64,000 nt of DNA from Tubulanus polymorphus (lineage: Eukaryota; Animalia; Nemertea). Both the position numbers and the translations under genes were made by a program. The notes beneath the pieces are model-generated. The model saw only the letters and a program-made list of their open reading frames with translations, made no database searches and was not told where the DNA came from. How positions within the stretch are numbered: position 1 is the first letter of the stretch; the number at the start of each line of letters is the position of its first letter. This document shows positions 1-12,210 of the stretch, one piece after another. The stretch lies in the NCBI RefSeq assembly GCF_964204645.1, contig NC_134033.1:12346655-12410654 (forward strand). Reading direction: 5' to 3'.

Positions 1-672
1 AACTTGTCACATATTCCAAAAGGCCACTTCGATGTCCTAAAAAGGCAATACCATAAGCATACGCACTCCTGCGCTGAAATGTACCATAGACGTATAATCT
101 AGATTAGGATGCACTAATCTATTGCTTATTGACAAAATGGAAAATTTGGCAGACTTGTACAAGTCTCACAAGCCCCCCGCCCCTTGTATCTGCCCCTACA
201 TTTGACTGAATACTTTAGGCCCTAAAACCACACAGTTTTGCTTCAGAATGATATCATTGCGACATTCGAGTAGCCCCAATAGGCGAAGGTTATATAAACA
301 TTCAACAGCCTGAAAAGATTGTTATCGGGGTACATTATTCCTGATGCCGGAAGAATGCTTACACAACTGAAATTTTGTATAGGAAAAAACTTTCAGAAAT
401 CGCTTCTTCGATTCCTGTTCATCTTTAGTTTCTGTAACTATTTTGAACATACGTATTTTGATTTTGGAAACCGAAAAATAAAATAAATATGTATATATGT
501 TTTTGATATTTCTATCCGCCCGGACGTGAATTCATTTTAGCACGAAAAAGATTAATCTCATTTGAACCAATTGGGTAAAATGTCTATGATTGGCTAAGAC
601 ATAAATAGTTACTTTGCAATACGGGAAGATATTGTTTGGCGGACACGTTTGAGCGACGGATCCGTTAAGGAA

Positions 673-1920
673 ATGACACGTCAAAAAGTTGTGATAATCC
701 TTGTTTTGCTGATCTGGCAAAATCAGACCGATGCTTCGGTTTACCAGCAGGGCGAGTCGTCCGCACAACCGCCTGTAGTTACTGTCGTCAGTTCGTCTTC
801 TTGCAACAACACATGGCACGTCATCGATTCTACGTCTGGTTACATCGTTTCACCGAACTATCCGTCTCTAACGCGTGGCGTTGTATGCCGTTGGTTCGTC
901 AACAGCTCTTTACCGGGTACGTTTCACGTCCAAGTTTACATCGACATCGAGCCGTCGATATACTGTAGAGATAACTTCCTTCGCGTCGGCGATTCTGATA
1001 ACGTACTGTGCGGCGATAGAAAACTAGATATTTACCGCAGTAATTCGTTCTCGCCGATGTTTAAGTGTGACACGAACGTCGCTCGGGGATGTCGAGTTTA
1101 TGTAATCTATCGTTTCGAGGAAAAACGCAGTCGTTTGAAAACTGTCCACGACTGTAGTTCATGGAATCTTAGACGATTGACAACGCAGCAAACCGGTTAC
1201 AAAGTTGCGATTAGAATGAACGCACGTTGTCATCGCTTGCGCTTTGAATGGCTCGGTCTATCAAGCGGCTTCGGTTTGAATTTAACTTTTGAAAATTTCG
1301 ATTTCAAATTAAACCCGAGTTCAGATTTCGCGTCTATTCAAATTTACGACGGATCGAACTCAAGTGAACCTATAATCGGCATGCGGGAACAAACGGGACA
1401 TCCGCCATTCTGTGTTTACACGAAAACTAACAAAGCTGTCGTCACTTTATTGTTGTCAGATAAAAAACAAACAATCAGTGTAATAACTAATCTCTCCATA
1501 CACATTCATAAACTTTCAGATTGGAACATTTCTAATCCATCGATTCCGATCTTTTATAACAAATCCGGAGTGCTCGTTCCCGGTGATAGGCCGTACGTAA
1601 TAACTCAGTCTAAACACTTGTACTGTTGGTCCATCAGAGCTGAAATACTGCAGTACGTCGTCTTCAACTGGACACGTGATGTCATCGCATCCGGTGACGT
1701 CATCGGCGTATTCAAACTCGAAGGTTCGTTGATCGTCGGAACAGATATCCTACTCGGCGAAAACTATCTGAAATCGTTAAGTGTGAAATCGGATGGATTT
1801 TTAGTGACGTTGTGTTTACTATCATCGGAGAATTCGGTCGTTTCTTCGCTGTGGAATTTAACGATCGGCTACAAAATAGAATCGTTGAACATCACAGAAG
1901 TCGAGGTGGAAAATCGAAAA
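673..1920 (+). CDS. GRL101: GRL101-like LRR-GPCR, exon 1 (signal peptide plus CUB-like domains)
   Basis: ATG at 673 followed by hydrophobic signal peptide (KVVIILVLLIWQ); CUB motifs SGYIVSPNYP...CRWFV and IQIYDG; ends at phase-0 donor AAA|GTGAGT (1920/1921); 416 codons. Confidence 0.85.
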
Positions 1921-2067
1921 GTGAGTATCAGCATTATTTGTCAAACGTACATTGATTGTCACTAGAAACGAGAAATCAAAATAAATGTCTCTTGCTCACC
2001 GGGTAATAGGTAGAAATTCCCCCGGTACAAATCCCACACGTAGGAATTCGCTAGATAAAATGCCCAG

Positions 2068-2205
2068 GGGCCGGTTCCACAGTCGGGACTTAAGTCCAAA
2101 AGTGGTCTTAAATCTTAAGACTGGTCTTAAGCTGTTAGATTAGCTATATGACTAAAATAGTCTGAGACTAGTCTTAAGTCTAAGCCATGACTATGGAACC
2201 GGCCC
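2068..2205. mobile_element. 138-bp MITE (family A, PIF/Harbinger-like), in GPCR intron 1
   Basis: TIR GGGCCGGTTCCA...TGGAACCGGCCC; CAG on both sides (2065-2067, 2206-2208); homologous copies elsewhere in window. Confidence 0.85.
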
Positions 2206-3009
2206 CAGATCAGTTGTCCATCGGTGTTAGAATTTTTCTAATTTTCAATGTTTGATAATCTTAAGTGGCTTCATTAATTTTGAGCGCTATCACCCCAAAT
2301 AAGTCCATTTTTACATCAGTAAGTGTCCTTAAGATCGACATTTATTTATTAAGATCGTTTACGTAAAAATCGTTCATTTTCAAATTACCACCCTTTATTA
2401 GCAAGCAGTTTAATTCCACTACTACTCCGGATTGAGTTGAAATGATCAATTCCAATCAACAATTTGTGTCTCCGAATCAATGTCCCTAAAGTAATTATCA
2501 CCGATTGTGCTATTGGGTGAGAAATTTTGCAGAATTATTATTTGCCATATTATTGAATGCAGGTGAGATTTAGGGAAAACTCCCTAAATCTAGATCATTT
2601 CTGAGCAAGAAATTTCTCCAATTCTGTCATTACTATGATTTTCGGTACTTTTTTCTGCCTTTGCGCTAGTATGAAATTCAAGAATAAATGAAATTTAACT
2701 TCATGTAATATCTTTAGAATTCAAGCTGTAATATATTTGAACTCTGCGATAACTTTAATCACTAATGAACTTTCAATTTGTTGTACCTAACTTTTACGCT
2801 CAAGATATTCACATGTGATATCGCGCAGTTTCGTTCAGAAATCTACTCAGTATTGTTCTCCCATACACCCGATATAGTTATAGTCATTTGAGATATGTGA
2901 CGATGATCCAGAGAGAGTCCGAAACATGTCTTTTAGTTTCAATTCACGAGTAATGCATTTCGCATGTAATCATTTGAATTTCGTACATGCGGGTTCTAGT
3001 ATAAGGATC

Positions 3010-3328
3010 ATCCTCGCTTGCCAGGGGTCCGGTATCACTCCCGAACTCTCTTCCACCAGCCCTTGGCCTCACGACGCGTGATTTCATTACTGGCGCCTTT
3101 TGCGCATGACGTCATATATCAACTTGCGAAATACTTCCTTTTTCGGTAAAACGTTCGCTAATTGGTCCATTTAACGGGAAATTCAACACGAGCCTAATGT
3201 TGTTAGTTACAAGCGCTGTGATAGGACCTGATTCTGATCGGCTAGTAACGACTCCAACTACTCGTGAGATCAAGGGGTTTGGGAACGGCTTTAGCTTGGC
3301 GAGTTAGAATCCCTTGACGAGTGAAGAT
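3010..3328. mobile_element. Degenerate MITE-like element with ~65-bp imperfect terminal inverted repeats, in GPCR intron 1
   Basis: atcctcgcttgccaggggtcc...cccttggcctcacga at left is an imperfect reverse complement of tcgtgagatcaagggg...gaatcccttgacgagtgaagat at right. Confidence 0.55.
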
Positions 3329-3487
3329 GTATCGAGATATGAATCAAGTTAACATATTAATATGAATGAATAGTATCTATTTGCATTCCGTTTAAAAAGG
3401 TGGAGGATTTTAACCCGCTTTAAAGAATTGGTTTTTACCGCTAACCGCCAGATTTACACGCTCAGTATTTTCTACTTCTCATTGTAG

Positions 3488-4810
3488 TTAACTCCACGAT
3501 ATCCGAGCCTGATGCCTCGTGACCTACTTCCCCGACACCCGAAACCGACTTTAACTTATCGTATCAACAAAGTGATATTCAACTGGAAAGTCGACATCTA
3601 TGACGAATACCTTACATTATCAGTTTCATCAGAGAATTGTGAACGAGCCGGATTTTACATATACGATGGGGGTAATTTTACGGCTAGACGTCATGGTCCG
3701 TATTGTCCCAGTCTGCACAACTTTGGTCGATCTGTCGGTAGTTTGATTACATCAGGTGGACCAGTTATCGTTGTAGTATACGCTTACAACTGGAATGGTG
3801 AGTTATTAAGGGCCGTCAGGGCGAAAAGTGGCCTCTACTTTCCTCGAACTGACTGTGACGGATACATTTTACGAAGGGGTGAAAGCCAGATCAATATTAC
3901 GTCACACTGTCTGGTGATTACACCCGAAAATCGACGCCTTCCGATAGAGAGCATATTCGTGTTATCAAAACACGAATATCAAGTAGACAGGTGTTTTCGT
4001 GTTACGGATCGTTGTGTAATCGTCAGTCTCACTAGTCGATCATTGATCGATAACAGTCTCATATTGCTCAATATGAAATTTGACAAAGTATATAGATTCT
4101 GGGGGTCAGCACTAATAGTTGTGTTACGTCGTAAATGCCAGGCATTGAAAGCACGGCGCCCTGTTGCGAATATCATATTTCGCCGCAAAATAGACAAATG
4201 TGGATTGGTGCAGTCACCCGACTATCCCGGACCAGCAAGAGATTTTTCAAAAATCCCAATCATCTACGCATTTTTTAATCCAACTTATGCCCATTTCTAC
4301 ATCAGATTCCTGTTCAAATTCATCGGGCCGACAACATGTAGCGCGTCTAATAATTACCGTATAGGGGAACGTATTCTACTAGCACAGTTAATAAACGCGG
4401 CAGATTCTAGGGCTCGCCATGAAACTGAAATATGTGAAACCAATGCTGTACCCGGACTGGTTTTGTACAGTTTACTCGGGCACGACCTGCACCTAGAGGT
4501 GAAAAACTACGTACCAATATTTCAAATTCGATACACTTTAGAGCAATCGCCTGTACTGACGTATCAACGACATAATACGTGTAGATCAGATTTTCTAGAT
4601 TCTGGAGTTTCGTGCGTTAGATTCGTCAAACACGAACGTCTGAATTGGGAGGACGCTGAAATTTACTGTCAACAGAAATACGGAGGACATCTTCTCAGTA
4701 TCAACTCACAACAGGAAATGATGGCTGTTAAAACGTTGTTTGCTACTACACTGCTTTTGAAGGCTTATTCACAGACGGCGCTTATTGCGATGATCGGATT
4801 GAAATGGCAG
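3488..4810 (+). CDS. GRL101: GRL101-like LRR-GPCR, exon 2 (CUB-like domains, start of C-type lectin domain)
   Basis: Acceptor ttctacttctcattgtAG at 3486-3487 in frame with ORF 3512; motifs FYIYDG...GPYC, CGLVQSPDYP, NWEDAEIYCQQKYGGHLLSI...IGL; phase-0 donor CAG|GTAAAT at 4810/4811; 441 codons. Confidence 0.85.
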
Positions 4811-5580
4811 GTAAATGGCAGGTTTATCATACACTATTTGAAAATCAACGACTGAGTTCAAAATCTTGATCACAATATTTTTCAACTTAATCGAACGTTT
4901 GCAAAAACCAATATTTCAAGCTTTACCACCTCTTTAAATCATGTGTATGGATGCATTCTTTCAATGTGTTGCCAGTGATTTATAGATTTTCTGATAAAGG
5001 CAAGTTTTATGCTAATAAACGAAATTTCATCAATTCAATTCAATCCAATATATTGTGACAAAATGGTTAACGCATTTTGAGGTGGTACTTAGCGCGGCGA
5101 AATTGCCGACCCGTCGTTTGAATCGATTCAATCAACCCCAAATTAACAAAATTTTGACAAAATTATTTAATCGATATTCAATCAAGATTGATCTATTTCT
5201 AATCGTATGCAGTCTGATTACTCTAAGGTTATATGAAGCTATTATCAGTTTTCGAAACATCAAGTATCACAAGAATCAATTGATTAAAATAGATGAAAGG
5301 CTATGGAAGCGTCCTGGGGGATGTAATCATTTTTTCAAATCTTAGGCCGATTGAAAAATCATGAGATTAACCAAAATTTCGATTTTTCATCAAATTGTTT
5401 ATTTTACCCGGTGGTGATTTAATTCCGACTCTTTATCACGGAATTAAATAAATTTCATTAAGTTTTATTTCTTTTCAATCGGTAGGAAATGAAAAAAAAT
5501 AAAAAAATAAAATGTCCCATGGACGCTTCCGCAAAAAGTTGTTTATGTTGTACAGTATATTTTTTCCTTATATTCAACAG

Positions 5581-8500
5581 CCTAATGGCTACGTGTGGAT
5601 TGATGGAAAACCATTGAGCTACACAGAATGGTATGAACCAACTCTGAACGAGACCTTACCGGAAGTTATTCGCAGCTTGATATCTCCGACAAGAAAGCAA
5701 CCGATAAATGACGTCAACATGCCGTGTTCGGCGATGGTACTAAATAACCCGCGCAGTTCTGCGAACTGGGTTCGTTTTCCGTGTCAAGTAACACACGCGC
5801 ACACGACTTTCATTTGTGAAATTGAAAGTATACAAAGTAACGAAAACTCGACCATGAAAAATGTAAGTGTGAACAATGCGACTCATATCTCACAAAGTAC
5901 AACGTATGATATTGTTAATTCATCGTGTATCAAGGGATGGGTACGCATCTCAGGACGTTGCTATCAGTTACGCACGGCTTGGACGTCCAGGATCGACCAA
6001 GGATTGGATTTACAAGCTGCTAGATATACCTGCCACACAATTGGAGGTGTCTTAGGCTTAGTAACTCCTACTATGGATGTGCAGTATCTGATTGAAACTT
6101 TCCACTTTCAGCACCAATACGGTGCCATATTGGCAAATGATAGCAGTGCTGGATTTTTGGCAATAAAACCAGTTGTAACTAGGGATGACATCACTTTTAT
6201 TGAAACAGTGAAATGGTCGGTGAATGAGTTCGATAATATTACAGATGTAACGCATTCCGTGTTATGTTCCTACAATGGGACTGTTGATGAATTATCAGCT
6301 GTAAGTGGCTGTAAATCCTGGCAATTTGAATGCTACGATACCAGATGTATCAGCGACCATCGCGTTTGTGATACTAGAGAGGACTGTCAACACGGAGAAG
6401 ATGAACTCGATTGCTCAAGTTCTGACTTACGGAGCCAGTACCAGTGCACAGATGGGCAAGTAATATCAGTTAGTAATTTGTGTGATTTTGTACGAGATTG
6501 CGCTGACGGATCAGATGAGAACTCATGCTATCATACTTCATGTTCATCCGAACAGTATAGGTGTAGCAATGGACAATGTGTGGGTAAATATAAACGATGT
6601 GATGGACTGGTAGATTGTAAAGATAAATCCGATGAGATCGGCTGCACTCCGGACAAATGTAACGGGTTCGTGTGTGTAAATGGCGAATGTATCAGTTCTA
6701 TACTTTATCAGGATGGTGTTGTAGATTGTGGTGGTAGCCTCGAAGAGGATGAGATAGTGACCAATATAACTGTTAACCCAGCTATTCATTGCACAGATGA
6801 TAACTGTACAGCCAATTTCACTGCACTTTGCAAGGAATCGGATGAACAAAGATGTTCGTTCAAATCTCCGCATTGTTATTCGAGGCGAAATAGGTGCATT
6901 TTAGAACGAATGCCAACAGGTTTTCCCGTTTGTAGAATGCTCGAGCATATACTGGATTGTGATGAATTTGAATGTCCGGCTGGTACAGTGAAATGTCCAT
7001 TATCTTACTGTATACCGATTAGACAAGTGTGCGATGGTCAATCAGATTGTCCTCATTCAGAAGATGAACTCAATTGTGAAACGTTTTCATGTCCAGGAAT
7101 GTTTAAATGCGGAGACGAGAATCGATGTATTCCACAGCTGGAAGTTTGTGACGGTGTCGTTAATTGTATTCATAACTCGGATGACGAGGCTTACTGTGAC
7201 GTCACGTGTCCGGTAAACTGTCAATGTCAAGGTCATTTTATCAACTGCGACAACAGCAATATATCAGATATATCTGGCATGTTTTCGTCGTCAACTCGAG
7301 TTTTGATTTTGTCTAATAATCGCATTCTATTCAACGCATTGGCATTTTCCTATTTTTTCCTACTTCGAATACTCGATCTTTCTCGTAATGATTTATTTGC
7401 TATTTTGCCGAACGCATTTTCTAATCTGCACAATCTGAATTCATTAGATCTGTCCTATAATCGCCTATTATCACTGCCTGCTAATACATTCACCGGTTTG
7501 AGGAGTTTAGTTGAACTCGTCCTTACTGGAAATCCAATACGATACTTGGTCGATGGCAGCTTCAATGGTTTGACTTCACTTACGGTTCTCAATCTTCACG
7601 GTCTCTCTATATCGGTTCTTGGTCGTAACATATTCCGAGGTTTACCTGCGCTGAGATCAATGAATATTAGCGGTAACACGATCAATTCAATATCCAGATA
7701 CGCATTTTCTGGGCTTTATTCACTGGGAAGTCTCGATTTTACGCACAACTCTCGGATAATTTCCGTAAATGCCAACATCCTCCATGATCTGACATCGTTA
7801 TATTTTCTCGCTTCGGATGCGTATAAATTCTGTTGTATGGCACCGAATATTGACCGGTGTCTCCCGGTTGCTGATCAATTCTCATCGTGTTCAGACCTCA
7901 TGGACAACACCGTCCTCAGAGCTGTAATCTGGGTTATTGCGTTTTTCAGTTTTTTCGCGAACAGCATCGTCATTGTTATCCGAATTCAAGCAAGCCAAAA
8001 CGCATCGGGCAGAGTCCACACATCTCCGTCCGACATTCTCATCATAAATTTGGCGGTTTCAGATTTTCTGATGGCAATCTATTTGTTTTTGATAGCTGGG
8101 GCCGACGATCTTTATAAAGGTGTTTATTTCTTGAATTCGGAAACGTGGACGCGTAGTTCATTATGTAGTCTAGCCGGGGTTGCGGCGACAATATCGTGCG
8201 AAGGTTCTTTGACATTTCTTTTTCTTCTCACACGTTTCAGATATTCAAAGATTGTTAATCCGTTTTCTGGTAATCCGCTTTTATCCTCGAACTATGTATC
8301 CGTTTTCTGCGTTATGTGCTGGCTACTTCTGTGTCTATTTGCTATCATACCACTATTCAATTTGTCATATTTCGGTGATTATTTCTACGGTTCCACAGGT
8401 GTTTGTCTGCCTATGAACTTAATCTCTATAAATGTCAGTGGCTGGCATTATTCGTTCGCATTATTTGCGGTCTTGAACGCTATCCTCCTTACTGTGATAA

Positions 8501-8814
8501 TGACAACGTACGCGCAGATGTACAAACTTGTATCTGGAAGCAGGTCTGGTTCGGGTAGAGCCGATCCTACAGAACTCGTTCTAGCTCGACGCAGTCTCGT
8601 GATAATTCTTTGCAATTTGTTTTGCTGGCTACCGTTAATAATCGTCCAGTTCTGCGCCGTATTTTCGGTCGAAATACCGAACCAGGTTGCCGCGTGGTTG
8701 GCCGTTCTCTTTTTACCGATTAACTCAACTCTGAACCCTCTTCTTTACACCATTCTATCAATCGATATGAAAACGGTCAGAGCGCGAAATAGAAAAAGAC
8801 ACGTGAGAAGATAA
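5581..8814 (+). CDS. GRL101: GRL101-like LRR-GPCR, exon 3 (C-type lectin end, second lectin-like domain, ~7 LDLa repeats, LRRNT, ~8 LRRs, hinge, rhodopsin-class 7TM)
   Basis: Acceptor tttttccttatattcaacAG at 5579-5580 continues the lectin domain (IGLKWQ|PNGYVWIDG); LDLa repeats (CDG..DC.D.SDE), LRRs (LDLS.N.L), hinge FCC...FSSCSDLM, TM motifs NLAVSDFLM, CWLP, NPLLY; stop TAA 8812-8814; spliced product 1934 aa. Confidence 0.93.
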   Translation, partial: PNGYVWIDGKPLSYTEWYEPTLNETLPEVIRSLISPTRKQPINDVNMPCSAMVLNNPRSSANWVRFPCQVTHAHTTFICEIESIQSNENSTMKNVSVNNATHISQSTTYDIVNSSCIKGWVRISGRCYQLRTAWTSRIDQGLDLQAARYTCHTIGGVLGLVTPTMDVQYLIETFHFQHQYGAILANDSSAGFLAIKPVVTRDDITFIETVKWSVNEFDNITDVTHSVLCSYNGTVDELSAVSGCKSWQFECYDTRCISDHRVCDTREDCQHGEDELDCSSSDLRSQYQCTDGQVISVSNLCDFVRDCADGSDENSCYHTSCSSEQYRCSNGQCVGKYKRCDGLVDCKDKSDEIGCTPDKCNGFVCVNGECISSILYQDGVVDCGGSLEEDEIVTNITVNPAIHCTDDNCTANFTALCKESDEQRCSFKSPHCYSRRNRCILERMPTGFPVCRMLEHILDCDEFECPAGTVKCPLSYCIPIRQVCDGQSDCPHSEDELNCETFSCPGMFKCGDENRCIPQLEVCDGVVNCIHNSDDEAYCDVTCPVNCQCQGHFINCDNSNISDISGMFSSSTRVLILSNNRILFNALAFSYFFLLRILDLSRNDLFAILPNAFSNLHNLNSLDLSYNRLLSLPANTFTGLRSLVELVLTGNPIRYLVDGSFNGLTSLTVLNLHGLSISVLGRNIFRGLPALRSMNISGNTINSISRYAFSGLYSLGSLDFTHNSRIISVNANILHDLTSLYFLASDAYKFCCMAPNIDRCLPVADQFSSCSDLMDNTVLRAVIWVIAFFSFFANSIVIVIRIQASQNASGRVHTSPSDILIINLAVSDFLMAIYLFLIAGADDLYKGVYFLNSETWTRSSLCSLAGVAATISCEGSLTFLFLLTRFRYSKIVNPFSGNPLLSSNYVSVFCVMCWLLLCLFAIIPLFNLSYFGDYFYGSTGVCLPMNLISINVSGWHYSFALFAVLNAILLTVIMTTYAQMYKLVSGSRSGSGRADPTELVLARRSLVIILCNLFCWLPLIIVQFCAVFSVEIPNQVAAWLAVLFLPINSTLNPLLYTILSIDMKTVRARNRKRHVRR

Positions 8815-10667
8815 GAATCATTTCACGTTTATAAAGGCCACCCCTCATATACCTTATCTACATACATCCAATTCGATCACTTATGGCTTTGCATGTGTTC
8901 AGTAGGGCATCGACACCAAGAACATATATCTCATTGGAAACGAACTAATGAATTTGAACCAATACTTTGGTAACAATGCAATTTCAAACGTCATTTATCA
9001 ACCTGGTAACTCCAGCTAACTTTCGAGCGACCCACGAGTAGTCATCTAAGTTCAAATAATTGTTCGTGGGAACAACTGACATTATTATGACGACACTTTC
9101 GAAAACTGAATCTTTTTCGGCTTCTTATGATAAGAAGACTTCGTGTTGATAATGTAATGAATGTATTGAGGGGATGGTTCCACGTCGAAAGTTGAAACGT
9201 GCAGCCAAATTATTGCTGTTGTAATTGTCTGCCATACGTAAGTGTGATGGATTTATAATCGATATAGTAGAACTGTTATGGATTTTAGCACTAAATGCGC
9301 GCCGCAGAGGGCAACTACATCGGTATTATCTGCTTAAAAACGATTGACATATTTGTTTGAATGCAAAAAATATATACAATCATTGGCCAGATTTTATGAG
9401 CCGATAGTACTAGAATTATTGTTATTTACTATTAAAAAAATTTATTACGCATATCGTAGGCGTCTTTTATGAATTGTTTGATAGGAAGCAAAATGCGTGT
9501 GTCATTGTATCTCACTTCACCATACACCAAACAATAAAAAAAAAGAAAAAGAAACGAAAGAATGTAATCAGAGTAAATCTTGATGAACAGATTTTACATA
9601 TGTCCAGATGGATGTATTTGGATAAAGGGCATGGACAATTTAAATTCTAGTCTTCGACTCTCATACTAACAATTGGTGAGCGGAGTGCTGCTCCGAGAAG
9701 GACCACATATTCACGGAACGAGTTCAAATCGTAAACCGGCGGGTGAACTCCAAGATGAACCACACTTACTTTCAGGCGAAGTCTGACAGGAGAAGGACCG
9801 ACATCCTCTGCCAAAGTAAAAGTATATAGTCATAAGCTATATAACTTTAACCGTTGTAAAATCTGAAAAAGAAACGACTGTAAGATTTATGGCGTAACTT
9901 GCTACGTATCCGAATAAATTCTAATCGTAATTCTATTGTTAAAGTTGATTTAGTTATTCTTCTCTTCTTGTTTATCTCAAGATAATTTATCATTTATCGA
10001 TCATCACTTTGAACAGAAGGACAATTTTTTTTCATCTATTCCATCACCTACGTACCACCTCGACGAACTACAATGCATTTCATTGAAGAAAAACAAAACT
10101 CGGAGAAAGACACTTAAAGGATTCTAACCCCATAAATCGTAATGCAAACCACCGAAAAATTCTAAAATTTGCGATTCTTTTCGTAGAAATCCGATTAAAT
10201 TCAACAGCGACGCCATCTTGATATCAATCGCCGCCGAAATTGCTCGGTTTATCTCGCCAAATATCGCTACGAGCCGTGATTTGAACGGCATTAGGAAACA
10301 CCGCGAAAATCAACACAAAATGAGAGAGTACTACACGACGATTCGGCGGCAGATCTTCATCCCTCTAAAAATCCCTTCATCTCTAATCGGACGCAGTCAC
10401 TTTCTCTCTCGCGCTTAATCTACTGTTGAATTTAAATGCGGTAAACATATTTGGTAAATTTACATTTTATTTCAACGATAACGATCCGTTTGCGGCGGAT
10501 TCTTCGTTCTCGTAAAATTCCGTCGATGAATGACACTTGCGGAATCTATCTACGATTGAGTCAAATTTAGTTGCTATATATTCTGAATTCGACGTTAGTT
10601 GTGTTCCGCTCTTCCTTTAAAGAACATTTCAGCATCGTTAAACGAACTCTTCCGCGTAGAATATCAG

Positions 10668-10925
10668 TGGCCGGTTGCACCAATCTTATATTTAAAACCA
10701 GTCTGACACCAACTTAGTTAAATAGCCAATTTTAACAACTTAAGATCGGTCTTAAAAAATTGAAGACCACTTTTGGACGTGGGCAACAGAGTCCTGAGAC
10801 CAGTTGCTAACAGTCGTGGCCTAGATTTAAGACCAGTCTAAGACCAGATTTGCTCCATAGCCAATCTTACAACTAAAGACCTGTTTTAGGATTTAATACT
10901 TTTCCATAACCATAGAACTGGCCCT
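10668..10925. mobile_element. Two adjacent degraded copies of MITE family A
   Basis: Shared internal motifs (accagtct...ccaacttag...tagccaat...aacaacttaaga...gaccacttttggac) and partial TIRs ggccggttgca / gaactggccc. Confidence 0.7.
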
Positions 10926-12051
10926 CTAGGTGCATGCCAGATTTTTAAAGGGGTGTGTGAGTGCACGATTTGAGGACGAATTACTTAAATTCGACATCTG
11001 GAAATGTTATTTCTTGCTTTTTAAGCAACGAAAGAGAATTTCACGATATTTATTCGTTTACTATAGTAAATTCCTGATGGTTTACAGTTTTTTTATAACG
11101 ATATAACGGATGGGCACTAAATCGACACTAAATCTAGAGGAAATTATTGAGTTCATGAAATTATGGAGAATAAGTCGAACTTCTAGCCAAACTGATGAGG
11201 GTTGAAGAATATAAGATGTATACATATATTCAAATTTGCAGACGGTGAGTCAGGGAACGCGATTTCGTTTAGTTCGTCGATGTATTCACAGACGGCGCTG
11301 AGGTCGTTCAGTCTCCCGGCGGCAACTGTTGCCGATACGACTCTCTCTCTCAGCTCAAACCTGCTCGCGGAGTTGGTCAGGCAACATCGCGCGTCTACGA
11401 GCAGCCGAGAGCCGAGCTTTGTATTCAGTGACCCTATTCATCATTGAAATCGCAACTTCGGTTATTGTCGCCATCGGGGTCAGTTCTTTACGACAGTTTG
11501 GAAGAAATGACAATACGATGTATTAAGTGACCTATACTGACTACCGCTACAACAACGTTAGATGAAATGGATTAACCGCAGATCGTAGTTGTGGAAGCGA
11601 TACTAGAACGGTTATTTTTTTTCCGACGCTATTTAATGCCGATAGAGATTTCCTTCTCGTAAAGTCAGGCGTGGGAGTCATACGAAAACCAACGGCTAAT
11701 TGGCACCGACGAATGCTTTATCGTGTCGCGCGAGGTTCCCGTATACGTTTGTTTACCTAAAACGAAGCCGCATACCCCCGTTATTAGTAAATCGACTCAA
11801 CCATCCAAAATATATTCTAAGGACGGCTTCCTGCTGATTTTATGTGCGCTTTTATTCGCAAGGGGTACACGTTTTGTAGTAGCGCAATTTTCGGATAAAA
11901 AATGCGGCCTTTTTATTAATTGATCAAACACGCACTGTGGTCGGAGCGCTCATATTGAACGCGATGTAGGATTACGTACTAACGCTCTACTTACATATAT
12001 ATATATTACTTACAAAAACGTGGGGCATCGTAGAAAGCAGCGGCCGCAAAA

Positions 12052-12210
12052 ATGAAGACGCATTTTGGATTAATGGTTTTTTCTTCAGTTGTGATGATAG
12101 TATTATTGTTTCGAAGGAGTACGGTCGACGCTACCGCCGCCGGTAATACGGGTAATTCGCTAATTGCGGCACAGTGCCGGGCGAAATGTCTTCATCAAAC
12201 CATCAGACAT
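12052..12210 (+). CDS. First coding exon of a secreted Cys-rich protein, anosmin-1/fend-like N-terminus (partial gene)
   Basis: Good start context caaaaATG; translates MKTHFGLMVFSSVVMIVLLFRRSTVDATAAGNTGNSLIAAQCRAKCLHQTIRH (signal peptide plus AQCxxxCL); ends at consensus phase-0 donor CAT|GTGAGT; below the ORF-track size cutoff. Confidence 0.55.

Noticed and set aside
2533-2562. 30-nt cassette (ttttgcAG...CAG|GTGAGA) in GPCR intron 1, possible poison exon
   Set aside because: Has an in-frame TGA and only a short pyrimidine tract; such pairs arise by chance and cannot be supported without reads
2897-2930. Hammerhead-like GTGACGA...GAAACATGTC in GPCR intron 1
   Set aside because: C3 missing, stem II and stem I pair poorly; at most a dead relic
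5512-5580. ORF-track start MSHGRFRK... as the receptor N-terminus (and the TTG start at 649)
   Set aside because: 5512-5580 is intron 2 ending in a clear acceptor; the signal peptide follows ATG 673
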